Notes: generated by a model from the letters alone, not told the origin. Shown: positions 36,301 through 50,358, counted from the first letter of the stretch. The stretch is 64,000 nucleotides of DNA from Bilabrum cf. latius (GCA_965178125.1 OZ237750.1:1054001-1118000), one strand, 5' to 3'. Program-made: numbers and translations.

Positions 36301-39300
36301 CCGTCGCTGCTGATGGCAGACTACAACTGAGACGGGGTCCACACCAGCGAAGGGACAATGCGACGGTCCTGATCAATCGATACAAACGCATCTGACACCT
36401 CCCTCAGCTTGCGGCGAGCCTGCTTTCGCGACATTTTTGGGTACGCTAGGCGCGGGTCTGCCTTCAGCGAAGCCCGCAACGATTGGCTCGTGCGTGAGCG
36501 ACTTCCAGGTGGCACATCGTGGCCACATTGGTCTGCAGCGAGTGTTCCAGACACCTCCCACACGTCCATAAGTCGTGCGGACGTATAGTCTTCATCGCTG
36601 TGGCTCTCCGAGGACGCGGCCCTGCTGTCAGTCCCACTGCTACTGGCCTCTTTGGCGCCCTCGTGGCCAGCCACTAGCTCGTCTATGTGCCGCTGCTTCG
36701 CGAGCTTTCTCCGGTGTCTTCGCCCTATCTTGCGGAGTTGTTCCACGTGTCTCCCCTTCACGATGCTTTGATCGAATACCAAGACGGTCATGGTGCGCAG
36801 AAGGTGTGCGCCTCCTGCCACCACAGAGCGTAGCGTCTGCAGCGGTCGGGTGAGGCTTTGACCCACCGCAGTAGGACCATCACCTGCAACAGCCCTGCGC
36901 TTAGCCTTACGCAGATCATGTCTGGAAGTATTCCCAGCTTGCTTTCCGGTCTACTGACTGCCGTTGGCAAGGGTCAGGCCCTAGAGGGGCAGCCTGGCCA
37001 TGCGGTCGTGCGCCTGAGCGATGCTGAGGCAGGGCGACACGTGTGCCAGCTGCGAGTAAAGACCCTCAGCGGACGTCGCAGTGGTGTGGCTCTCCTCTAG
37101 CAGCCGAGCAGCTGACTCTATCTTTGCGCCAGATGCAGCCTGTGGCACGGTTGCGGCGCCGTTCTCGCGGCTGGGCTCCTCCTATTCCTCTGTGCGGCGC
37201 TCCCTCTATATCCTAAGGCTGAGCCCAAAATCAATAATCTTAATATGACCGCGCTGATTGACCATCATATTCTGAGGCTTGAGGTCTCGGTGGAGTACCC
37301 CTGCCTCGTGACATGCCCCGATCGCACACACCAGCTGCGCCGCAACGATCTGGAGTGGCTCTGGCTTAAGCCGGTGCCCAGAGCGCACAACAGACGATAG
37401 GGTGGTCCCTTTGATGTATTCCGTGACTATCGCAACACGGTCTGTCATCGCAAGGCACAAAGCCATCCGCATGACACCAGGGTGTGGTGGGAGTGCGGCG
37501 AGTGCAGTAACCTCGCCCCTGACCTCGCCTCGCAGGGCCTGCTTCTTCTAGAATAGCTTCAGGGCGGCCGGTGCGCCCGACACGGAGTCTCTCACCATAA
37601 ACACACGTCCAAAAGCACCAGAACCAAGCAACCGCATGCGCTTCAGCCTAGCCAAGAATGCACCAGCCCAATGCTGCCTGAAACCGTGCAGCGACGTGCT
37701 GTAATCCATACCTAAAACTAGTGGCAATGGCACGCCACCCGGTACACCCTCGAAAAGTAGCCTACGCGCGCTGCCCCGCGGCCGAAGAACGGACATTCCA
37801 TTGAGATGGATCTCTCTTAACTGCGACCCATTGGCGTTGATGCGGCCAGCTGGCGCACGCCCTGTCTAGAGCCAGTGGAGAAACACCCAGGCAGGCACGG
37901 TGGACGGATCAGCAATGCGAGGGGCACCAAGCGAGTTGGAGGATACAGCAAGCGGGGCTCCACCTCGACTGCCAGACCCACTCGATGCCTGCTTGGACCG
38001 ACTCCCTTTGTACAGTGGTGTGGGTGGCGCGTCTCCCGGTGTCCGTCCTGATGGCCCGACTGATGCCACGGCAAGAACCGGTCCAGTATCGCGCTCTTCC
38101 TCTTGCTGTGACCTTGTTGTGCTGCTGTTGTTCAGAACTTCGCTCTAGCCGTGCTTATAGCCTGTCGAGGCTACGATGCACAAATGGAGGAGGTTGCTAT
38201 GCAGTGCGGAGTTCCACTCTCCTATTACCCCTCTTGTCCGTAGGCTAGTGCCCTGCACCACCAGCTCGTCCACACCAGCATCAGACATCCTCGTGCTGGT
38301 CGAAGCCATGGAGCGCGAATGGGTGTTCTCCTGACCCGTCATGAAATCGATACCAGTCAACCCTTCGTCATTCGAGTCAGACGAGTAGTCGCTGGAGTTT
38401 GACGACTCGAAGGACTCGGATCTGTCGTCTTCGCTGTCCGAATCGCCAGTCTCGTTCAAGTGTGCATCTAACCTGCCCTCTTCCTCGTCCTCTTGGATCT
38501 CGCTGAGGCCACCAGGCCCGGCATGGTTGCTCTCGGGGATATTTGTCCGAGCAGTTGCTTGTTTATCCGCGTCTGCAGATGATGCAGGTGCTGGCGGAGA
38601 TGTTTGAACGTCGAAAGCTTGTCCAACTTGTTTCGATACTGGAAAACCGCCTCGTTGCTTGATATCATTGTCGATCGCGTCTGCAGCCGGTGTATCGCCA
38701 ATTGTTGATGGAGCTTTCGGTGTGAGAACAGCCACCCCAGCAGCATCTCGAGATGGCGAAGGCGAATGCGAATGCAGCAGGCTTTGCTTGGTCTTGGAAC
38801 TAACGGAAGTAGTTCGAAGGACCGGTTCGACATCTCTGCTGCCCCCATTCTGCCTCGCACCGTGCACCTGTGGGCCCACACAAATTGTCATGCCTTCCAT
38901 GAGTGGCTCTGGGGCACAGGCTGCAGCTGACACTGCCTGTCGAGAATACGCAATGGATGAGCGGTCAGGCGGTACCACTGCAGCTGCCGCCGATGCCAAT
39001 CCCATTGCCTCCTGCATGCCTTTGCCGTAGGCGTCCCAAGCCTACCCCTCTGCGCCCACAGTGCCAAGGACGACCCCACCCACATGAATGGCTGCAGACA
39101 GCGATAGTTTGGCCCCAAGCCGCCGTTCTAAAGCTTCTACTCTGCATATTGCAGCAGAGGCGGCGAACGCGGCGTGCAACACAGGGCAGTACGAGGCCGG
39201 GATATCGCCTGAAGCGGTTGGGAGGTGACTGGACTGGCGGGACACTTGACTTGGGACATCGAAGATCACTGACATGCCGTACTGGTGCACGTGCACCCGG

Positions 39301-42300
39301 AGCCCGATCGCGTCCATGTTCTACTCGCTTCCAAGCCATCGGTAGGCCGTCCCTCGCCGAGAGGATCCGCCGAGTCGGCTGCCAGTGGCAACTCGGGTCT
39401 GCGTCTCAGAGCTAGACTTAGAGGCAGCCCACCCCTGGCTTTCAGTAGCTGATGGAAACGGAATGGTGCAACTGTCTTCCACAACTGCAGCTAACATACG
39501 CACCAGCCGGAACAAACTGACTGCAGACACCAACGAGTCCAGCATCTGCGCCACTCGGAACCGCACAGCTAGCACCACTACCACCGAATGCCTCGATAGC
39601 ACGAGGCGCTCCTGGAATGGGAGCGTGGCCTGGGATATTTTACTGGTGGATGTAGTTGAGGGCCCTGCCATTGTGACGGAGGGAGACGACTCCCTATGGA
39701 TGGACGGCGACAGCAGATTTTGAGGTACCTCTTGCTTGGCTGTGCCGTTGGAGTCCAGCCGGTGTTGCTGTGCAGGCACTAGAGACTACACTGACGGCGC
39801 AAGCACTCCGAGCTGAGCTGATCGGTCCATCGAACTGCTTTTCCCCGAAAAACTGCTCCCGGGGCCGGTGTAGCGCTTGTCAAGAACAGCCCGGAGCAGC
39901 CTTGCAGGCAGTAGTCGTTTGACTACCTGCACCACCAGCCGTTTGCGCCGAATCATCTTGCTGGATAGGCTCTGGAGCTGCTTCATGATGCGATCTCCTA
40001 GACTCACCAGTACGATTCGGCGCTCGTCGTGGATGGCGATGGCCACCAGAGCAATCATGATGGCTCGAATACCGTGCTGGATCCGCTGGCCAACTGGTAT
40101 GTTGTGATCCGGGCTGACATTTTGCCGGCAGCGCAGCACCGGATGGCCATCTGGGATCCCAAATGGAATTGCCTGGTTGGTGAGAATTGTGACCCCGTCT
40201 TCTAGTCCAGCAGCGAGCACGTCGGTGATGCCAATGATGAGGCTCACCACTAGAACCACATACCGCAGGCAGGTGCTCGGCCTCAGCACCCCGTGCACGT
40301 CCCCGCTGTAGATCAGGACAACAACAAATAGAATTGTCGTGAGCTAAGTGGCGGTCAAAAAGAACTCTGATAGGAACACGACGCACCCTATGGCAGGCTC
40401 CTGCAGCATGCGACTCCTAGTTATCGAGATTCCGACTCGACACAGGAAGATGGCCACCAGGTTGAGGACACCATATCCACACCCATTCTCGTCGTCCGAT
40501 GAAATGAAAACGTGCTTGATACCGTACTGCCCTACCAGCAAATACCGCCGTAGTCCAAGTCCAAGTCCGAGGACAAGGGTCAGCAATGCTGGAACGTATG
40601 TAGCGCGGGACCAGAACACACTCACGCGGGCGACCTCGTCCAAGTCGGAGCCCATGAGCTCTGGAGCATTCGTGTAAAGCCTGACACGCACTAAAAACAT
40701 GTCTAGAAGCACAACGATGCTCATCAATACCATAATGACGGGGTTTTGGACAATCCGCGTGATTGGGGCGCGCTTGTAGTCGAACCGCCGCGCGTTCACA
40801 ACAAAGCTGCTCTCGCTCCTGTCAATCTCCTCTTCCACTATGCCTATCCTAGAAGGATGTACCGCAGCCGTAGATATAGCTTGGCTTGATATTCTCATGG
40901 CTTGATCATTATTCCTCGTGCGAGACACGTACGCATCTCCTTTGGGGTCCAACAATCCAGGTATATCTGCTTCTTGTCGTCGAGATCTACGCACAGATGG
41001 CTGGATATCAGGAACCTCTGTGACCTGAGGAGTAAGCCTACGCTTGGGTCCTTTCGCATTGTTCTTCCACACCGCGTGGTCTCGGCGGGCAATGCGCACA
41101 AGTGCCTCCTCGGCCCCTCGGCGCAGGCGAGGAAGCCCGAGCCGCGCTCGCATCACGTTATCCCCCCGCCTTAGAGCTGGATAGAACATGTCGTCCATCT
41201 TGTTTGGGTCTCCTGAAACCGGAATCCAGTCAGGGTCTGAAAGCAGATTGGGTACGTGTTGCCAGCGCGGATCTGAGGCAAGAGGGGCGGCCAGTCGGAT
41301 AGACTTGGGGGCCCTCTTCTTGCCCCGGCGGGAGTGCTTCGGTCGCCGAATAGAAACGAGACTGGTGGCAGCCGCGATTCCAACTCGAATTGCACCACTG
41401 GAGTCATCTGTGGATGAATTTCCATTCTAAATGCCTACTTGCTTGGCGGTGGCTAGCCCTCGCATGCGCTGCAGCACAGACAGGACCTGACAGTTGGCTC
41501 GATCCAAAATCGTCTCCACCTGCGATGCCTATATTACCTCTACCGGTTTTGGGTCGCTGCTGCCACCCTCTCCGTGGTCTGGACCCAGCAGCCCACCCCC
41601 TGCGAAAGTAGACGATTCCCTGGAGTTCTCCGAATTGATGTGGTCCATACTAGCTCGGGTGATCTTCAGCTGAGCCTGGACCTCCAGTCGCAACCTGGCT
41701 TCCGAAGCTTCTGGATACACGCGCCGCAGTTGTTGCATGCGATGCATGACCTCAAGTTCCGACTGCAAGGAGACATCAAGCCTCCAATCCCTGGGCACTT
41801 CGTAGAAATGGGTGGCCGTCACTGTGGCCCCGAAGGCAACTGCGTCTACAGGCATCGGTTTCTTCTCGCAGAGAGACAAGAGCTCTTTGGCCTGCTGCCT
41901 CATTCGCTTTCGCCACCCAGATACAAGGATCTTCTCGGCTTGCTCTGCCTCTCGGGAAATTGCTTGATGTGCAACGGTGTGCTGCGGCAGCTGCCATGGC
42001 ATCCGAAGGCCGTGGTGGGCAGTATTCGGCTGCAATCGCTGCAGCTGCCGCATCGTGTCGCTGTGGACAATACCCCATGAGGAGGGGCTCTGCAGCCTCT
42101 CCAGCGCTCGCGAGCTAATACGCACGCCAGGCCCTTGGCTTGCAAGCTGCTAAGCCTCTGAACCCCCATCGCCAAACACGCTCCACCTGTGTGCAGAGGA
42201 CCCAGAGGACAGGAAACCGCAAACGGTCTTGCTCCCGAACGCAATTCCAGCACCTAAACGCACTGAGCAGTTGGGTTCTAGCCCGCCCGCCCTCGCTTGA

Positions 42301-45300
42301 TCACGCACAACCCATGACGCTTTTAGCGCAATCTCCAGTGCGGTCGCAATGTTGAAGCAGCCCACTGCATCCGGCGTGATTGGATGCTCCTTCTCGACCT
42401 CATCATCGTTCCGTGTGCGCCTTGAGCTGGAGCGGTCCGTCTCAGTCCCCGATGAGTCCGTGCCCGCTCCATCCCGTGGAGTCCGCCGCGCAACGCTCGA
42501 GCGACTTCCGCTGGAGCTGCTGGCTCTACGACTCTGCCTGCGGCCATCTGCAGCTCGCTGGGTGTCCTCCTCGTCAATCTGATCGTCGTCATCATAGCCG
42601 AGACCGAACACTTTAGAGTCTTCGCCGTGCACTGCAACGATGACATCCTGCCCCACGACGCTTACGCAGGTGGCGCGGCGACCGAAAGCACCGTGCTGCA
42701 GCACACGCTCGATGGTTCCAACCGCCCTGAGTGTGACCCGGGCCAACTACTCGTCTCTCTCTGCCGCAGCCTGTTTAGCAGCCTGTGCAGCGGAGGGCGC
42801 TGTGTCAAGTAGTGGATCGAACGTGTGCACCGTGGCCATGTCGGTAGGTTGCCCCTGCAAGCCCTTCAGGACTCCTGCCGGCGGGCCGCCGCCCAAGTGG
42901 TGCATCGGTGACGGTGAGGTGAACCCTTGCATCTCGCTCTGCGCATCCTCATCAGTTGAGTCCATCATGAACATGTCCGACGTGGCGCTGCTGCGTCTCT
43001 TCGAATTTCTCTGCCTAGATCTAGATCGACCCTTGCGTCTGCGCTTGCGCTTGCGTCTCCTCTCGCGACCACCGCGACCGGAGCCCTCCTCGACTGTTCC
43101 TGCATCGCTATCGTCCCCGACGCATGAACGGACCGACTGATCCTTGGTTCGGGAAGCGAGAGAACCGCCAGATTGGGCCCTCATCATAGTCCGGCGCGTG
43201 GAGCGGCACTTCGTCAGGATTCTGAACACGAGCACAGCCGTGGTCTCCTCCAGCTCAACGCCCGCTGTCTTGCCGTGAAGCAGGCGGAGAGCGAAAGGGG
43301 GCATCTGCACGCGGGCAGCGCGCATGGCCATCTCATGGTCTGCCTCCACTTTGGACACCGCCTGCATGCACCGCTCTACACGATTCCGCACTACGACCGC
43401 AGTGTATCCCCTCGCAACGATAAAGATGTACGCAGCAGCGAAGTACGGGGTGGTGTTGATCAAGAGCGCAGCGATGATGCTGGCGAGATTACCACCGTTG
43501 GGACCCCACAGATCGTCCCCCATGCCTCTTGCTATCCCAAACAGTACACACCACAGAAAGTACAGGGCAGAAGCGGAGCTGTAGAGCAGCAATACCATTC
43601 GCACGTCCGTGATGCTGGAGGTCACCAGAGTGGAAGGGGCGAGGTAGGCCAGCGCCCACACGCCAGCACCGGGATATCCCTCAGAAAGGTCAAACACTGC
43701 CGCTAGAAAGGCACCCAGTAATATCAATACTACGACGTGCCACACGGCAGCCTGAAGCACCACTCCACACCATCGCATGGGGCGGAAAGCCAAGTTATCG
43801 AGCTCGTCCGCGGAACAGCAGCAGCACAAGCACAAGCACACCCTGTACACATCGCAGACGCACCACGCGGTTGCATTACGGGCAGTCTGCAGCATTTCTT
43901 CCGCGCTATTGAAGCGGAGCGCGAATCTGCTCAGGTCCCGCACCTCCTCCTTGGCCGATTCTGTGGGCTCGCTGCCGGGGGCGCGAGCTGGCATCTGCAG
44001 CTGCCCGGCGTGCTGGGTCTGACCCAGCTCCACCGATCCTCCATCCGCCCCAAAAGCAGATGCAGACCCCCCCTCACTACCTCCTTTCTCCTCCTGCTCC
44101 TCATCGCTCTCCATCGAGCCAACAGACAGGGTCCGCTGACCCGCCCACGCCGTCGGTCCATTGGCTCCAGTTTCAGGATCTGCTGCTGCGGCACTTCCTG
44201 CTGCCGGTCCCGAAGGACCTTCCACCATACCAATTGGACTTCTACCCTTGCTCTTCTTGCTGCTGTCCTTCCCGCGCCCCTGTTCCCCTGCGCTGGAGCT
44301 GCCTGTCTCGAGCACGTTCTGAGCGACCCTGTCTGACCGCCGCCCAGCTGCGGCTGCACGCTCCCCGTGCGTAGCTCGAGACCTGCCCGCCCCACCCCCA
44401 ACAGTATTCGTGCGAGTGCTAGCTGTACCACTGCTGGCCTAACCTCGGGATTTGCTCCTGCTCCTCCGCAGCAGCACAGGCACCGTACCAAACACTGGCA
44501 GCACCAGTGGGATCTCGTACGAGACGTGGGGACTGACTTTGTCGTCTCGGGTGGCCACGCGCGTTTCCAGAAGTGACATACAGTATCCTTTGTTCGCGGG
44601 TCCACACCTCTCTCGCTGGGCAGACCAGGGCGGCAGCGCGATGCGGCTAGAGGCGATCAAGGCCCTCGTAAGCCCAGAGACCAGCTACACGCGCATTATT
44701 GTAATAGTTATCGCAACCCACACGAAGAACACAGCAATGTACAAAACTTCTGAGATCCGCAGCTTGTCAGTGGGTATTGTTTCCAGCGTGTCGCTGCCCG
44801 GGTACTCCCCCGATGATCCGTTCGTAGACTGGCGCACAACAGTGTTCGCCCCGTAAGTATCGTACCTTTCCCAGTGCGCCAGCGTAGGCGAGATCAAGAG
44901 ATGCTTCGATCCGTACCAGAATGGGGAGGCTAGCAGAGCAATGAGGATAAGAGGAAGCACCAACTGCAGACAGCGAGCGTTTGAGGCCTGCTGCGGACGG
45001 CCTGCAAGAACGACAGCCTGGCCGTCAAATGGAGGCGAAGCTAACTGAATGTCCTGTCTTGATCGCAGAGATTCAGCTGCGATGGTGACCAAGATGCGGA
45101 TCACGTAGAGATCATCATGCTACGAGCCTACAACATTTCTGATGGGTCGCCGAAATTCAGTGCTGGCTGCACCTCACTTGGAACCAGCAGAGCATAAACG
45201 CGTTGCAGCCACACTGGGAGTGCGTATGGATCCTGCCAAAGAGGCACTCTCGGGGCCTGCTGGTGCTTGCTTGGCGTACCAGTAGCACCACCCGCACCGC

Positions 45301-45388
45301 CGTTCGTATCATTTTCGTTAGACTATCCTCCCCGACTTAGCAGCGAACGAATAATCTAGACGCTGTCTGTTTGATCATATTCTCTCAT
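33351..45388 (-). CDS. Giant (~3970 aa) multi-TM protein with two degenerate class III cyclase-like domains and a C-terminal split AGC-type Ser/Thr kinase; intron 45167-45279
   Basis: About 16 annotated ORFs share one frame and are separated only by TAG (~29). Kinase LGSGAFGRV, HRDLKPQN, DFGLS ... GSPAFIAPE, DWYSLGV, HPYFKGVDW. Cyclase-like AAIHVGGVVLGTVG...WDAYG. Confidence 0.78.
33627..33665. repeat. (GATCTG)n hexamer microsatellite encoding an RS tract
   Basis: About 6 tandem copies inside the kinase C-terminal tail. Confidence 0.8.
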
Positions 45389-45572
45389 ATTTCCCAAATA
45401 GTCCTGGGCCTGTACTGCGACAGCAGAAGCTGCGGGACAGCACGAAGCAGTCGGAATTCGATTGCGTGGTTGCGCCTTGCCTGCCCTGGGGCGACTAATC
45501 GGTCGCAACCACTGCCAGTGGCACTGCCGCATGCCCATGGTCGCAGTGAGTCTGAAATTATGCTTGTTGAGT

Positions 45573-48128
45573 TTAAAAACCGCTGTCATCTGCACCGTCT
45601 TGGTCACTATCCCCTTCCAGCTCAAACTGCTCGCTCTCTTGCGCGCCACCCATGGGCTCCCTGCGCCTCGCCTTGGCCGAAGCCCCGCCACTGGCACCAC
45701 CGCGCCTGCCACTGGCGGGACTCAACGGGGCGGGCGACTAGGACATCGCGCCCCCCTCGCTGGTCATCAGGCTCCGCACCGTATCCCGCACGGCTGCCAC
45801 CACCCCTGCCTCCATCTCCCCTATGGCCCGCATCCTGGCGGCGCGCTCCTGTGCCAGCGCGGCAGCCGCACCGCGGGACTCCCGCTCGGCCCTGTCCGCC
45901 CGCGCCTCGGCCTCCCGCACCCGCTTGGCCCAGGCATCCCTCTGCATGGCCAGCTGCCTCCTGCCCTCCTCTTCCGCGCCCCTCGCCCGCTCCTCCGCGC
46001 GCTCCAGCCCACGCTCCGCCTCGCCGGCCCGAGCACCAGCCTCCTCCGCTCGCCCCTCCGCCGCACGAGAGGCCGCCCCCGCCCGCCGCTCCCCGTCCTC
46101 AGCTCGAGCTGCTGCGGCCCTCGCCTCCCTCAGCTCCGTCTCCCTCGCCGCCAGTGCCCCCCGCAGCTGCTCCACCTCCCTGCCACTCGCAGCCGCCCTG
46201 TCCTTCAGCGACTGGCTCTCCGCCGCAGAGGCAGAGGCGGCGGATTTCCTCGCCGCCTCCACGGCCCGCACGCGCTGGTCGGCCGACTCTCGCTCCGCCT
46301 CCAACCGATCGTGCGCCTCGCTCCTCAGCGCCGCCTCCTGCTTCTGCAGCGCCGCCTCCCCCTCCGCCCTCGCCCTGGACAGCTGGCCCCGCGCCTCTGA
46401 CAGCTGCCTCTGCGCCTCGGCCAGCTCCTCCTCCAGCCGAGTGGCCCGCTGTGTGGCCTCTGCTACCGCTTGGTCTGCCGCCCACCGGGCCCCGCTCACC
46501 TCGTCCTGCGCCTTGCGCGCCGCCTCGGCTGCCCTCCTGCTCGCGCCCGCCTCGGACTGCTGCAGACGGGCCCGCAGCGCCTCCAGCTCGGAGCGAGCTT
46601 CGGCCGCCGCAGCCACGTCCCTCGCGGCGTCCGCGCGCGCCTGCTCCGCCTCCTGCTCGGCCGCCGCTGCCGCATCGTGCGCCTCGGCCAGCTCTTTGCT
46701 CAGCCTCGCCCGCGTCTCGTCCAGCTGCCGAGACACCCGCCGCCGAGCAGCGTCCGCCTCTGCCCTCAGGCGCGCCGACTCGTCCACCCGCTTCTGCGCG
46801 GCCTCTGCTCTTTCTTCTGCCGCCCTGCGTTCCTCCTCGAGGTCTCGAAGGGCCGCGTCCAGCTCCCGTCGCGTGCCCGCGTGAGCCTCCGTCTCTGACC
46901 GGAGTCGACTGAGTGCCTCGCTCTGGCCGCGCTCCGCTGCCAGGCGGGCCTCGTCCGAGGCAGCGGCCCGCGCCAGCGCTGCATCCGTTTGCTTGCGCGC
47001 CTCGTCCGCCTCTGCCCTCACCATGCCCACGGCCTCGTCCCGCCTCTTCTCCAGCGCCTCGTCCGCGGCCCGCCGCGCGAATGCCGCCAGCGAGTCCGGG
47101 ACGGCAGGCAGGCCCGCGGCGTTGCGCCTGCAGCACTTGTCGATGGCCGTCTCGTCCTCGGGCCTGGCCCTGTTCCCCGCCACCAGCAGTCGGGTCACGC
47201 TCGCGTTGTACTCCATGGCCTGCCCCAGTGCCCCGCAGGCCTCGGGTCCCATGTCGTTCCAGCGCAGGTCCACCATGCGAAGGCAGCGGTTGCGGCGCAG
47301 TGTCCCGGCCAGCATCTGCCCGTCCGCCCCCGTCAGGCGGTTGTTCCTCAGATCCAGGTGAGTCACGGACCCGGAGTCGGCCAGGGCGGCAGCCAGGTCG
47401 GCAAAGCCCTCGGCGGCCCTGGGCTCGCCGGAAGAACCCCCCAGCCGGTTCCACTCCAGCACCACGCTGCGAAGGGCGGGCGCGTTCCGGATGGCCTCCG
47501 CCACAGCGTGCCCGTCTGCGATGTCGTTGCCGCGCAAGTCCAGGTGCGTCACTCGCACGGAGCCGCGGCCCTGCAGGTCGGCCAGCGAGCGGGCGAGCAC
47601 GCGGGCCCCTTCGTCTCCGATGAGCCCGTCTGCCAGGCCTGCCCGGCGGCTGGCAGCCTCCTCGGCGCGGACCATAGCGAGCGCGTGGGAGGCCACGGCC
47701 GGGTCCGAAGCGCCCGCCGCCGCCCTGCCGAGGTCCCGCGCGGCGGTGGCTTCCCCGGCCCAGTTTCCTTTTCGGGCTGGATCTTGTACGCCAAAGTCAA
47801 TGTCGGCCTCGCTCTGCTCGAAACCGATCTGCCCGGAAGCCGAATGCGGTGGATCCTGCGGAGAGGCTGACCGCCGAGCATCTCCGCCACCTGCACCGTA
47901 GCGCACGTCAGCACGAAGCCTCGCGGTAGATCTGTCTAGCATATCTGCTACAGATGCATTCAAACCGTCTCCTTGGCGTGTCTCTGTCTCTAGCCAGGAG
48001 GACGATCGGCCCTATCGCTGCGCACTCTAGTCGTGCTCGTGCCTTGAAGTGATCGTGTGCTTTCCAGGAGGCGATAGCGCCGCCACCACCTATCGTTTCG
48101 AGTACGAAGAATCCATTTCGCCACTCAT
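45573..48128 (-). CDS. LRRC45-like leucine-rich repeat plus coiled-coil protein
   Basis: LDLRGN, LEWNRLG, LDLRNN, VDLRWN repeats then an Ala/Glu coiled coil. Extended through TAGs at both ends; TAA stop at 45573. Confidence 0.72.
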
Positions 48129-48276
48129 TTGAGCCGGTACAGCTTCAGTGGGTACGCCGCATCGCACACGAAATCCATCCGTTGTCTGTCGCATTATTCC
48201 GGTTTGAAAGACTCGTCACACAAGAATGAATCAGCTGCAGATTTGCCGACATTGATTAGTACCTTGTCCCGTTCGC

Positions 48277-48910
48277 ATGGCTCGACCGCTCGCTCGCGAT
48301 GAAGAAGACGAAGATACAGGTTTCTCTGCGAAGCTTGGCCGCGCAGTTAGGAAGGACCCTGGAATCTTCATTGGTGAGCGCTCGTTTTCGCAGATTCGAA
48401 CATACCTCTTCTTTCCGGCTGTATTTGATAGACGGGCAAGGCTACGCGGCGCATTACTCAGAAATGTATGTATATGTTCATCTACCCGGGTACTTGCTTC
48501 CAGCGGTCCGCATTGTTTGCGTTGAACTTTCTGACGCAGGGCTTACACTGGTTGTAGGTGTGCTTGGGAGGGGACTCTATTCATTTGTTCGAAGTGATAA
48601 GTAGACTTCATATCGAATGATGAGGTATCGAGTCTTGTTTCAAGGGGGCGTCGTCTTATTCCTGCTCTTTGGGGTGTTTTTCAAGCCAGAGCTAGGTACG
48701 GGCTGGGGCAAAGTGGAGCAGCACGCTCTCGTTGACAAATAGCAGTTCCTTGACCATGCAAAGGAGATTAGGGAGAAGGAGGCCCGACGAATTCTTCGAA
48801 AGAGAGCTCGGGCGGCAGGTGGTGCTCGCGCGGAGGAGGCCAGGAAACAGCTCGAGGCAATGGCTGGCCAAGCTGCCGCGGAGCAGGGAACTGAACCTGG
48901 CAGATAGTGA
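48277..48910 (+). CDS. HIG1-domain (Rcf1/HIGD-like) mitochondrial membrane protein; intron 48374-48539
   Basis: RKDPGIFI|GLTLVVGVLGRGLYSFVRSDK*TSYRMMRYRVLFQG; ends TAG TGA. Confidence 0.78.
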
Positions 48911-49080
48911 ATTGACTTGAAGCGGATTGCGTTGCATGCCTGCACATGCCATGCAATCCACATCGCATTCATGCACAGCAAGCATAACAACATATTTTCC
49001 CCAGTTTGGTTATCGTCACACCACGGCCTCTTCGTCATTCCGAACAAACACTCACAAATTGTGCGCATCCTCGTCTCTTC

Positions 49081-50110
49081 ATGGCTGGTCCATGGAGACA
49101 TACGTTCCATGGGATCGTTTCTCGCTCGAGGATTGCCGGGCGGCGTTCATTAAGCGTTCGATGGGAGCGACAAAGCACTTTGATACTATCCCAAGCGCGC
49201 ATGGCATCCAGCGCTTCTATTATGGCTTCTTCCACTAGTTCCGACAAGCACTGCCGCTCTTGTGGAAGTTGTGTTAATATGGCACAGATAATCTGCGGAA
49301 CTTGCGATCAAATTCAGCCTGTGGAAAAAGAGACTGATTTTTTTGAGTTGTTCGACATGTGAGCCTTTCGCTTCGTTTGTGTCCATACGAGGGCTAGCCT
49401 TGTCTACAAACTGAATCATTTATCAGTGTTCCATACGAATCGCGCAGGCCTCGCTCTTTTGAGCTAAACGGGAAGGAGTTGCACGAGAAGTACAGATAGC
49501 GTTAGAAAATGGTGCATCCTGACAGATTTGCTCAAAGCGACCAGGTGAGGCTAGGCCAAATCTTATCAATATTCTTAGATTTGCGCTGGTGCATTTGACG
49601 CGCTCTTCCACTCTCGCTTTCTTGGGTCCGCAGGCCGACCAGGACCTTAGTGCTATGGCTAGTAGTAAATTGAATCAGGCGTACGAAACTCTGAGCAACC
49701 CATTGTCTCGGGCGCACTACATGCTATTGTAGTACATGGAAGTAGATCCACTTGCAGAGGGCGCGAGCAGTGGGGCTGGTAGCGGGGACATGGAGCTCTT
49801 GATGGACATGATGGAGCGGCGATCGATCGTCGAGGACCCTTCGACGCCGCTGGACGAGATCTACACGTAGATGCAACAGGCTGACTCTGACATGGCGCGG
49901 GCTATCGATGGATTGCGAGAGAACTTCCGTGCTCTAAAGCCTGCGATGGGGGCTCCGCCAAGCGAGCAGAAAGGTGGCTCCGGCGTATCAGAGCCAACAG
50001 GTGCTGTATAGGAGGCCTGCACTTTACTGGTTCGGCTTCAGTACCTCACTAAATTGAAATAGAAAGGCAGAGAGGTTCTAGATAGTCGAAGGCATGAGGG
50101 CAGACAGTGA
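49081..50110 (+). CDS. HSCB: Fe-S co-chaperone HscB/Hsc20 (Jac1); introns ~49359-49447 and 49544-49633
   Basis: CxxC...CxxC.IQP, DFFELF, YR*R*KMVHPDRF, LNQAYETLSNPLSRAHYML, LVRLQY; 6 TAGs; TGA stop. Confidence 0.88.
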
Positions 50111-50358
50111 GGTAGGCGAGGTCACGTGGCTGTTCGTCCTTCTAGTCAACATTTTTTGAGAGCGTGGCCGGTGTAATCGCTCGGTAGCACTGCTGCAAAG
50201 GTATACATAGTTTGTTCAGCGTACTGGGACGATCTTGGAGAGCTGTAGATAGTTTAGTTGCAAACTCGGCCTCTCTGGTTTCCGTGGCCAAACCGCTCGT
50301 TACTTGGATCCACCCAAATTTATCTCCCAAACTTCACTCGCTGCCTCTCGGGTGTGTC

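Noticed and set aside
15562-50110. Functional cluster of mitochondrial/Fe-S genes (ISCA2, AFG1, uS17, Tim-like, HIG1, HSCB)
   Set aside because: Interspersed with unrelated genes over 35 kb; compatible with chance in a compact genome.
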